From contig JBFIML010000051.1 in assembly GCA_041611735.1 (NCBI GenBank), forward strand, positions 1 through 27,841: a stretch of 27,841 nucleotides of DNA, in the 5' to 3' direction. Under the pieces are notes generated by a model. It was given only the letters and a program-made list of their open reading frames with translations, searched no databases and had not been told where the DNA came from. This DNA is from Myxococcota bacterium (lineage in GTDB: Bacteria > Myxococcota_A > UBA9160 > PR03). Within the stretch, counting starts at the first letter, position 1. The number at the start of each line of letters is the position of its first letter. Shown piece by piece: positions 1-7,043 of this stretch. The translations under genes and the position numbers were made by a program.

Positions 1-2454
1 CCGACGCTGCTCATGGGCGGAACCATCCCGATGCTCACCCAGGCCCTGGCGCGCAGCCTCGACGACGCGACCCGCTTCCACGCCTACGTCTACGGCCTCA
101 ACACGGTGGGGGCCTTCGCCGGGGCGCTCGCCGCCGGCTTCGTGCTGATCCCCCAGCTCGGCCTGGTGGGCGTCATGCGGGCCATGGGCGCCGTCAACCT
201 CGCCGCGGGCGCCCTCTTCGTCTGGCTGGGACGCCGGGGGGGCGCCGTGGCGGTGACGGGCGCGCCGGCCGGCCTTCGCCGGCCGGCGGGCTTCCGGCTG
301 TGCGCCGCCGTGGCCCTGCTGACGGGCTTTGCCATGATGGCGGTGCAGACCACGCTGATCCGGCTCGGCGGCCTCTCCTTCGGCTCCTCCCCCTTCACCT
401 TCTCCATGGTGGTGGCGGTCTTCGTGCTCTGCATCGCGCTGGGCAGCCTGGCCGTGTCGGCCTTCTCGCGCATTCCCCCGGCGCTCGTCCTGGTCAACCA
501 GCTGGCCCTGGCGGCGCTGCTCGGCCTGCTCTTCTCGCGCCTCCCGGAGGCGCCCTACTGGGCCCACCTGATGCGAAGCTGGTTCCGGGACACCGACGCT
601 GCCTTCCCGGCCTTCTATCTGACCGGGTTCCTGGGTGTCCTGCTCTTCGTGGGGCCACCGGTGATCCTGTCGGGAGCGTCGCTGCCGCTCCTGTTCCATC
701 ACCTGCGGCGCCAGATGGGCGAGCTGGGAGCCGTGGCGGGCAGCCTCTACAGCTGGAACACGGTGGGCTCGCTGCTGGGCGCCCTGCTGGGCGGCTACGC
801 GCTGCTCTTCTGGCTCGACCTCCACCACGTGTACGCCCTGGCGATGGGTGCAGTGCTCGTCTCCGCGGCGCTGCTCGCGCGCGTGCTGTTCCCATCGTCG
901 CGACTCGCCGTGGCGGGACTGCTCGTGCTCGCCCTGGCTGCGGGCGCCCTGCTGCCCGCCTGGGAGCCCCAGCTCCTCTCGAGCGGGCTGTTCCGCTTCC
1001 GCAGCCGGCATGCGGCCGTGGAGGGAGGCATCGAGGCCTTCCTCGCCTGGCGCCGGCAGGTCTGGCAGATCGACTTCTACGACGACGACCCCACCGCGTC
1101 GGTGGCCGTGCTCGCGCCCATGCCGGCCCCTCCGCAGCCCGACCGCTCCATCCTGGTGAACGGCAAGGCGGACGGCGCCGTTGCGGGCGACTACCCGACC
1201 ATGGCCCTGGCGGGCCTGGTCCCTGCCCTCTTGAGCGAAGCGCCGCGCCGCGCCTTCGTGATCGGCTACGGGACCGGCGTGACGGCCGGGGAGCTGGCCG
1301 CCCTCGAGGAGGTCGAGCAGGTGGTAGTCGCCGAGATCTCGCCCGGCGTGATCGAGGCGGCCCCGCTGTTCGACTTCGCCAACTTCGGCGCCTCCGACCA
1401 TCCGAAGGTCGAGATCGTCCGCAGCGACGCCTACCGGGCGCTGCTGCGCAGCCCCGGCACCTGGGACGTGATCGTCTCGGAGCCGAGCAACCCGTGGGTC
1501 GCCGGCGTCGAGATGCTGTTCAGCCGGGAGTTCCTGGAGGCGGCCCGCGATCGCCTGACCCCCGGCGGCGTGTACGCCCAGTGGTTCCACCAGTACGAGA
1601 CCGATGCAAAGGTGGTCGAGCTCGTGCTGCGGACCTACGCCTCGGTCTTCGAGCGGGTTTCCGTCTGGTACACGATGAGCGCGGACCTGATCTTGCTCGG
1701 CTTCGGGGACGGCGTCCGGGCCCTCGACGTCGCGCGGCTCGAGCAGCGCGCCGGACGGCCGGACTTCGCCGCCGGCCTGACCCGGGCGGGGGTCACGAGC
1801 TTTGGGGCCCTGCTGGCCCACGAGCTGCTGCCGGTCGGCGTCCTGCACGCCGCCCGGCCGAGCGGTCCCCTGCACACGCTGCTCCACCCCCGGCTCACCT
1901 ACGCGGCGGGGCGGGCGTTCTTCCGGGGCGGCGCGGGAGAGCTTCCCTTCACCGGAGCCGGCGCCGCGGCGGAGGTGGGCCAGCGAAACGCGCTGCTGCG
2001 GCGGCACGCGGAGCGCAGCGGGGGAGCGCTGCCGCCGGCGGTGCGCGCGGAGGTGGCTGCCAAGGCCTGCCAGTATCGGACCCGTCTGTGCGCCACCCTG
2101 CTCGCCGACTGGTGGCGCGAGGCGCCGGAGTCCGAGGCCTTCCAAGCCGCGTTCGCGGCGGCGCGTCGCACGCCCGGGGCTGCGGAAACACTGACGCTCG
2201 CGACCCTCTCGCTGCTCGCCGAGCTGCTGCCCGGAACGGAGGCCGGAGGGCGTGGCCCCGTGGGCCCGGGTTGGGCCCGCCGCGCCACCAACGCGTTCCA
2301 GCAGTACTACCAGCACGCGGCGCCCTTCGCGCCCGGCCACCTGCTGGCGCTGTGGGACCGCTGCCGGGCGCCCCAGGGCAACCCGGCCGCCTGCGAGCAG
2401 GGAGCCGCCCGGGCGCGGCAGCTGCTGGCCGGGAACGGCGGAGCCGCGCCCTGA
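1..2454 (+). CDS. Fused membrane (MFS-like) / spermidine-synthase-like SAM-dependent transferase, 5'-truncated
   Basis: Frame is open from base 1 (PTLLMGGTIPML...). It has many hydrophobic helices with YxxNTxG repeats, followed by a class I SAM-binding fold (VIGYGTGVT, AEISPGV, DAYRAL, DVIVSEPSNPW, LFSREF). Stop TGA at 2452-2454. Confidence 0.85.
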   Translation, partial: PTLLMGGTIPMLTQALARSLDDATRFHAYVYGLNTVGAFAGALAAGFVLIPQLGLVGVMRAMGAVNLAAGALFVWLGRRGGAVAVTGAPAGLRRPAGFRLCAAVALLTGFAMMAVQTTLIRLGGLSFGSSPFTFSMVVAVFVLCIALGSLAVSAFSRIPPALVLVNQLALAALLGLLFSRLPEAPYWAHLMRSWFRDTDAAFPAFYLTGFLGVLLFVGPPVILSGASLPLLFHHLRRQMGELGAVAGSLYSWNTVGSLLGALLGGYALLFWLDLHHVYALAMGAVLVSAALLARVLFPSSRLAVAGLLVLALAAGALLPAWEPQLLSSGLFRFRSRHAAVEGGIEAFLAWRRQVWQIDFYDDDPTASVAVLAPMPAPPQPDRSILVNGKADGAVAGDYPTMALAGLVPALLSEAPRRAFVIGYGTGVTAGELAALEEVEQVVVAEISPGVIEAAPLFDFANFGASDHPKVEIVRSDAYRALLRSPGTWDVIVSEPSNPWVAGVEMLFSREFLEAARDRLTPGGVYAQWFHQYETDAKVVELVLRTYASVFERVSVWYTMSADLILLGFGDGVRALDVARLEQRAGRPDFAAGLTRAGVTSFGALLAHELLPVGVLHAARPSGPLHTLLHPRLTYAAGRAFFRGGAGELPFTGAGAAAEVGQRNALLRRHAERSGGALPPAVRAEVAAKACQYRTRLCATLLADWWREAPESEAFQAAFAAARRTPGAAETLTLATLSLLAELLPGTEAGGRGPVGPGWARRATNAFQQYYQHAAPFAPGHLLALWDRCRAPQGNPAACEQGAARARQLLAGNGGAAP

Positions 2455-2493
2455 CGGGCCGAAGCGAGCCGCGTACCACGACTGGGTGCAACC

Positions 2494-4122
2494 CTAGTGG
2501 ATGCGCTTGTCGCGTCCCGCCCACTCCTTCTCGCGCAGCTTGAACTTCTGGATCTTGCCGGTCGCCGTCTTGGGCAGCTCGACGAATGCCACCGCCTTCG
2601 GGCACTTGAAGTGGGCCAGGCGCTCGCGGCAGAAGGCGATGATCTCCTCCTCCGATGCCCGGGCTCCGCTGCGCAGCGAGACGAAGGCCTTGGGCACCTC
2701 GCCCCATTTCTCGTGGGGAATGGCCACCACGGCGCATTCGAGGACGGCCGGGTGCTTGGCGAGCGTGTGCTCGACCTCGATGGTCGAGATGTTCTCGCCG
2801 CCGCTGATGATGATGTCCTTCTTGCGGTCCACGAGCTCGATGTAGCCATCCGGGTGCATGACTCCGATGTCGCCGGAGTGGAACCAGCCGCCCTCGAAGG
2901 CCCGGGCCGTGGCGTCGGGATCCTCGAAGTAGCCCTTCATCACGTTGTTGCCGCGCATCACCACCTCGCCCATGGCCTTCCCGTCGGCGGGGACGTCGTG
3001 GATCCGCGCATCCACCACCCGCAGGTGCGTGGCCACGTGGTAGGGAACGCCCTGCCGGGCCAGCATCCGGGCGCGGGCCTCCCCGTCCAGCCCCTCCCAG
3101 CCCGGCTGCAGCTCGCAGTAGACGTGGGGCCCGTAGGTCTCGGTGAGGCCATAGAGGTGGGTCACGCGCACCCCGAGCCGTTCCATGCGCGCCAGCAGCG
3201 TCGGGGAAGGAGGGGCACCGCCCGTCGCCACCCGCAACGGCGGATCGAAGCGCACGCCGCGGGCCTCGGGGGCCTCGGCCAGCATGAGCAGCACCGTGGG
3301 GGCACCGTTCAGGTGCGTGACCTGGTGGAGCGGGACCAGGCGCAGGATCTCCGCCGGGTCCACCCGGCGCAGCATCACGTGGGTCCCGCCCACGGCCGTC
3401 ACCGCCCAGGGAAAGCACCAGCCGTTGCAGTGGAAGAGCGGAAGCGTCCACAGGAAGACCGAGTCCCGCTCGAGCCCGTGGGCCAGGATCTCGCCCAGGG
3501 CGTTCAGGTAGGCGCCCCGGTGGGTGTACATGACCCCCTTGGGGCGCCCCGTGGTGCCCGAGGTGTAGTTGATGGAGGTGATGCGCTGCTCGTCGTCGCA
3601 GGTGTTGCGCACCGGGAGCGTTTCGGCGCCGGCCACGAACTCGGCGAAGCGGGGGCCCGGGAGCGGCGTGCCGGTCACGCCTGCGCCGGGGTCCTCCACG
3701 TTCACCAGCAGCGGCCTGGCGGACAGGCCACCCGGGGCGTCGCGCACCAGCGGGGCGAGCTCCGGGTCCACCAGCACCACGCGCGCCCCGCAGTGGTTCA
3801 GGATGTAGCCGACCTCGTCGGCGGCCAGCCGGGTGTTGATGGCCACCAGGGCGCCGCGCACCAGCAGGACCGCGAAGTGGGCGGCCAGCAGCTCGGGCAC
3901 GTTCGGGGCCAGGAAGGCGACGCGGTCGCCGGGCGAGATCCCGGCCCGCACCAGGGCACCGGCGAAGCGGCCCACCTCCTCGGCGAACTCCGCCCAGGTC
4001 CAGCGCCGTTCGCCGTAGACGACGGCCAGCTTGCCGGGAAACACCCGCACGGTGCGTTCGAGGAGCGCGAGTGGGGAGAGCGGATCGTGGAAGACCGAAG
4101 CTTCGTCTGCAGCGTCCGGCAT
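2494..4122 (-). CDS. Acyl-CoA synthetase / AMP-dependent ligase (medium/long-chain fatty acid-CoA ligase family)
   Basis: Adenylate-forming motifs YTSGTTGRPKG, YGLTETYG, GWFHSGD, DRKKDIIISGGENI and LPKTATGKIQK. I moved the start from 4248 to ATG 4122 (MPDAADEA) because the upstream 42 codons are low-complexity and contain a TATAAT box. Confidence 0.93.
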   Translation of the reverse strand: MPDAADEASVFHDPLSPLALLERTVRVFPGKLAVVYGERRWTWAEFAEEVGRFAGALVRAGISPGDRVAFLAPNVPELLAAHFAVLLVRGALVAINTRLAADEVGYILNHCGARVVLVDPELAPLVRDAPGGLSARPLLVNVEDPGAGVTGTPLPGPRFAEFVAGAETLPVRNTCDDEQRITSINYTSGTTGRPKGVMYTHRGAYLNALGEILAHGLERDSVFLWTLPLFHCNGWCFPWAVTAVGGTHVMLRRVDPAEILRLVPLHQVTHLNGAPTVLLMLAEAPEARGVRFDPPLRVATGGAPPSPTLLARMERLGVRVTHLYGLTETYGPHVYCELQPGWEGLDGEARARMLARQGVPYHVATHLRVVDARIHDVPADGKAMGEVVMRGNNVMKGYFEDPDATARAFEGGWFHSGDIGVMHPDGYIELVDRKKDIIISGGENISTIEVEHTLAKHPAVLECAVVAIPHEKWGEVPKAFVSLRSGARASEEEIIAFCRERLAHFKCPKAVAFVELPKTATGKIQKFKLREKEWAGRDKRIH

Positions 4123-4131
4123 CGATCGGGC

Positions 4132-4137
4132 ATTATA
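4132..4137 (-). promoter_or_regulatory. Sigma70-type -10 box (TATAAT) of the acyl-CoA synthetase gene
   Basis: Minus strand reads CGG-TATAAT-GCCCGATCG-ATG: a perfect consensus hexamer in very GC-rich DNA, 9 nt before the start codon, with no SD. Confidence 0.6.
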
Positions 4138-4155
4138 CCGGTCGGCGAGGGAGAG

Positions 4156-4246
4156 GCCGCGCGCGGAGGCCACGAAGCGCCCGGACGGGGTAGGGCCGGT
4201 CCGGTCCTTCCGAACCAACCGGCGCCCCCGCGCCTCCGCGCGCGGC
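4156..4246. repeat. Perfect 15-bp inverted repeat in the divergent intergenic region
   Basis: GCCGCGCGCGGAGGC (4156-4170) and GCCTCCGCGCGCGGC (4232-4246), flanked by GAGAG (4151-4155) / CTCTC (4252-4256). Confidence 0.7.
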
Positions 4247-4364
4247 ACGGACTCTCACCCCGAAGAACGGCTTGGAGCATGCACGACGCGGGCGGTTCGG
4301 GCTGTGTCGAAGGTCACAGGGTCCCCGGGGGCACGCGCTTCGTCGCCGCACGGGAGGAGCAGGC

Positions 4365-4772
4365 ATGGGACAGCGATGGTTGGTGAAGACGGAGCCCGGT
4401 GCGTACGGCTTCGACGATCTCCTGAGGGACGAACGCACCGTGTGGGACGGCGTTCGCAACGCCCTCGCCCGTCGCCACCTGGGGGGCATGCGCTCGGGCG
4501 ATCCGGTGCTCGTCTATCACTCGGGAGCCGAGAAGGCCGTGGTGGGAACGGCGCGGGTCGGCCGTACCGACGGCCCGGATCCGGAGCTCGTGGCGGGGCG
4601 CCGGCTGTCGCGTCCGGTGCCGCTGGCGGAGCTCAAGGCGGATCGTCGCCTGGCCGGCTGGGCCCTCGTGCGCATGCCGCGACTCTCGGTCATGCCGGTC
4701 ACGGAAGCCGAGTGGCAGGCGGTCGTCGCGCGGGCGAAGGCAGGAAGCAAGAAACCCCGGGAGTGGGCCTGA
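4365..4772 (+). CDS. EVE domain-containing protein (PUA-like fold)
   Basis: WLVKTEP, TVWDGVRNALARRHL..MRSGD.VLVYHS, PVPLAELKAD and LVRMPRLSVMPV are EVE signature segments. SD GGAGGAG at 4353-4359 precedes ATG 4365. Confidence 0.92.
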   Translation: MGQRWLVKTEPGAYGFDDLLRDERTVWDGVRNALARRHLGGMRSGDPVLVYHSGAEKAVVGTARVGRTDGPDPELVAGRRLSRPVPLAELKADRRLAGWALVRMPRLSVMPVTEAEWQAVVARAKAGSKKPREWA

Positions 4773-4808
4773 AAGCCCATCGCGGCTACGGCACCCGCGC
4801 TCCCGGGG
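4745..4808 (-). terminator. Terminator-like three-way junction followed by a U-rich tract
   Basis: Outer 9-bp stem 4800-4808/4755-4763 encloses hairpins 4781-4785/4795-4799 and 4764-4768/4775-4779. The minus strand then reads TTTCTTGCTT (4754-4745). Confidence 0.55.
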
Positions 4809-4871
4809 CGGTGGCTCTGGGAACTTGCGTCCCCGGCTACACCGAGACGATCGAACGATTCGGCGTGGCGC

Positions 4872-4916
4872 CTAGGACGCCGCCACCTCACTCGCCGTAG
4901 AGTCAGGTTTTGACAC
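4872..4916 (-). CDS. Candidate 14-aa micropeptide MSKPDSTASEVAAS
   Basis: Minus strand GGGAGGTGAT-TCG-GTG...TAG. GGAGGTGAT (4928-4920) is a 9-nt perfect complement of the 16S rRNA 3' end, with 7 nt between GGAGG and the GTG. Confidence 0.45.
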   Translation of the reverse strand: MSKPDSTASEVAAS

Positions 4917-5087
4917 CGAATCACCTCCCATCCCGGCGTTGGAACGACCCAGCGAGGCCCAGTCCTCGCTTCCGGGTCCCGGGAGAACCGCGGTCGCCGT
5001 TACCGCCGTCCCGGGCCGCCCCGGCCGGACGGGCCTCGTGCCCGACCGGCGCGGAACTCGGGGATGAGTGAGATCCCCTGGCGGCGG

Positions 5088-5116
5088 ACGGTACCAGACC
5101 GCTGCCCGGGGTGCAG
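5088..5116 (-). promoter_or_regulatory. Putative sigma70-type promoter of the structured RNA
   Basis: CTGCAC (5116-5111) - 17 nt - TACCGT (5093-5088), with an extended -10 TG (TGGTACCGT). This would start transcription near 5079, just before the first hairpin. Confidence 0.35.
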
Positions 5117-5179
5117 GCGCCCGGGAGTCCAGCGCCGGAGACGTGTGCAAGCGGGGCCGGAAGGCCGCGCCGCCTCGGC

Positions 5180-5185
5180 TAGACT
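5180..5185 (+). promoter_or_regulatory. -10 box TAGACT of a probably leaderless purU transcript
   Basis: TAGACT-GCGCCC-ATG: TANNNT 6 nt before the start codon, no SD. Confidence 0.5.
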
Positions 5186-5191
5186 GCGCCC

Positions 5192-6061
5192 ATGCCGGGA
5201 CCCCCCGCGGAGCGGGTCGCCACGCTCCTCGTCTCCTGTCCGGACCGGCGCGGGCTGGTGGCCGCCCTGGCCCAGCTCCTGTACGGGCACGGGGCCAACA
5301 TCCTGGACGCGGACCAGCACACGGACCCCGAGGCCGGCCAGTTCTTCCAGCGCATCCGCTTCGACCTTTCCGAGATCCACACCGACCGCACCGCACTGCA
5401 AGGGGCGGTGTCCGAGGTGGCGGAACGCTTCTCGATGGGTTGGCGCCTCTGCTACGGGGATCGCGTGCCGCGGATGGCGATCTTCGTTTCCCGCCACGAT
5501 CACTGCCTGTACGACCTCCTGTTGCGACATCGGGCCGGAGAGCTGGTCTGCGAGATCCCCCTCTTGATCAGCAACCACCCGGACCTCGAGCGCGTCGCCG
5601 AGCAGTTCGGGATCCCCTATCACCTGTTTCCCATCTCCTCGAAGGGCAAGCGCGAGCAGGAGCAACGCGAGATCGAGCTGCTCGAAGCCGAGCGGATCGA
5701 CCTGGTGGTGCTGGCCCGCTACATGCAGATCCTGAGCCAGGACTTCGTGACCCGATTCCCGACCCGCATCATCAACATCCACCACTCGTTCCTGCCCGCG
5801 TTCGTGGGCAGCAAGCCCTACCACCAGGCTGCCACACGCGGCGTGAAGCTGATCGGGGCCACCGCCCACTACGCCACCGTCGATCTGGACGAGGGTCCGA
5901 TCATCGAGCAGGACGTAGTGCGGTGCTCGCACCGGGACACGGTGGGGGATCTGGTGCGCAAGGGACGCGACCTGGAGAAGGTGGTGCTCGCACGCGCAGT
6001 GCGTTGGCACCTGGAGGATCGGGTGCTCGTCTACGGCAACAAGACGGTGGTCTTCGAATGA
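5192..6061 (+). CDS. purU: Formyltetrahydrofolate deformylase
   Basis: N-terminal ACT domain (CPDRRGLVAA), HCLYDLL, ISNHPDL, LVVLARYMQILS, IINIHHSFLPAF, RGVKLIGATAHY, LDEGPIIEQ and C-terminal NKTVVF. Confidence 0.97.
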   Translation: MPGPPAERVATLLVSCPDRRGLVAALAQLLYGHGANILDADQHTDPEAGQFFQRIRFDLSEIHTDRTALQGAVSEVAERFSMGWRLCYGDRVPRMAIFVSRHDHCLYDLLLRHRAGELVCEIPLLISNHPDLERVAEQFGIPYHLFPISSKGKREQEQREIELLEAERIDLVVLARYMQILSQDFVTRFPTRIINIHHSFLPAFVGSKPYHQAATRGVKLIGATAHYATVDLDEGPIIEQDVVRCSHRDTVGDLVRKGRDLEKVVLARAVRWHLEDRVLVYGNKTVVFE

Positions 6062-6080
6062 GCCCCGGGGAGGTCCGAGC

Positions 6081-7043
6081 GTGGCCGCTCGCGTGTTGCT
6101 GATCTTCCTGCTCGCCGCGATCGCCACCATGAGCTGGCTGGCCACCTGCGCCCTGTGGCACTACCGCCAGGTGGCCGCGGGCCTCGAGCCCCTGGAGACG
6201 CGTCGCTTCGAGACGCTCACCTTGATCACCGTGGGGACGGGCGGGGCCTACGAGAACCCGCAGCGGCTCGGCCCCGCCACGGCGGTCGGCCTGGGCGAGC
6301 GGCTGGTGCTGGTGGACGCGGGCCGTGCGGTGGCGGAGGCCCTGCGCCAGGCGCGCATTCCGGTGGCCCAGCCCGACACGGTCTTCCTGACCAGTCTCGC
6401 CCCGGAGAACACGGTCGGTCTGGACGACCTCCTGCTCACGGGCTGGCTCGCCCCGCGCAGCGCGCCCCTGCGCCTGATGGGACCGCCCGGAACCCGTGCC
6501 CTGGCCGAGAGCTTGATGGCCGCACACCGGGACGCGGTGGCGGCGCTCGGGGAGCGCATCGGGCTGCCGCCCGAGGCGGCCGCCCTGGAGGCGATCGAGG
6601 TCCCGGACGGATGGTCCGAGACCCGCGCCGGCCTGGGCGTGCGGGCCACCGCGCTGGCAGGCGGGCCGCTCCCGGCGCGCGCGTGGCGCTTCGAGGCGGG
6701 CGCACGCGCGGCGGTGGTGGGGGGGCCCGGCTGGGACCCGGACGCCCTGGTGACGCTGGCGCGCGGGGCCCACGTACTGGTGCAGGCCGCCGTCCACCGA
6801 CCCTCGGTGGAGATGGCCGTGGAGGCGGGCACGCCGGAGCCGGAGCGGCTGCGACGCGAGGCGGACCTCTACACGGCGACCACGGACGTGGGACGGCTCG
6901 CCCGGCGCGCGGGCGTGCAGCAGCTCGTCCTGGTGCGCCTGCGTCCTCCGCCGCTCTTCGCCCAGCAGTACCGCAGGCTCGTGGGCGAGAGCTTCGCGGG
7001 TCGGGTGGTCGTCGCCGAGGACGGCGACGAGATCACACCCTGA
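6081..7043 (+). CDS. Membrane-anchored RNase Z/arylsulfatase-like MBL-fold protein with degenerate metal-binding motifs
   Basis: N-terminal hydrophobic helix, then TVGTGG, VLVDAGR, VFLTSLAPENTVGL (in place of THxHxDH), LRLMGPPGT, LARRAGVQQLVLVRL and GRVVVAEDG. SD GGGGAGG precedes GTG 6081. Confidence 0.8.
   Translation: MAARVLLIFLLAAIATMSWLATCALWHYRQVAAGLEPLETRRFETLTLITVGTGGAYENPQRLGPATAVGLGERLVLVDAGRAVAEALRQARIPVAQPDTVFLTSLAPENTVGLDDLLLTGWLAPRSAPLRLMGPPGTRALAESLMAAHRDAVAALGERIGLPPEAAALEAIEVPDGWSETRAGLGVRATALAGGPLPARAWRFEAGARAAVVGGPGWDPDALVTLARGAHVLVQAAVHRPSVEMAVEAGTPEPERLRREADLYTATTDVGRLARRAGVQQLVLVRLRPPPLFAQQYRRLVGESFAGRVVVAEDGDEITP

Larger units (their letters stand above)
4745..5079 (-). 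ncRNA. Candidate ~335-nt structured RNA (possibly dual-function, with an internal micro-ORF); family not assigned
   Basis: Nearly continuous helices: 5060-5065/5073-5078; 5024-5034/5040-5050; 4931-4936/4979-4984 enclosing 4946-4957/4964-4978; 4854-4866/4913-4925; a GCAA-tetraloop hairpin at 4819-4834; and a three-way junction at 4755-4808 followed by UUUCUU. A promoter-like sequence lies upstream. No credible long CDS occupies the gap. Confidence 0.55.

Noticed and set aside
4745-5079. tmRNA (similar size, 5' GGGG, internal short ORF ending in Ala-Ala-Ser)
   Set aside because: No tRNA-Ala acceptor stem, T-arm (GGTTCGA-like) or 3' CCA was found in normal or permuted order, and the ORF has its own SD and start codon.
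4773-5191. ZMP/ZTP or THF riboswitch upstream of purU; RNase P or SRP RNA
   Set aside because: I could not find the conserved cores I know for these families (e.g. GAGGAAAGTCC for RNase P, the GGAA/AGCAG domain of SRP). The structure favours the minus strand, and purU appears leaderless. A cmscan would be decisive.
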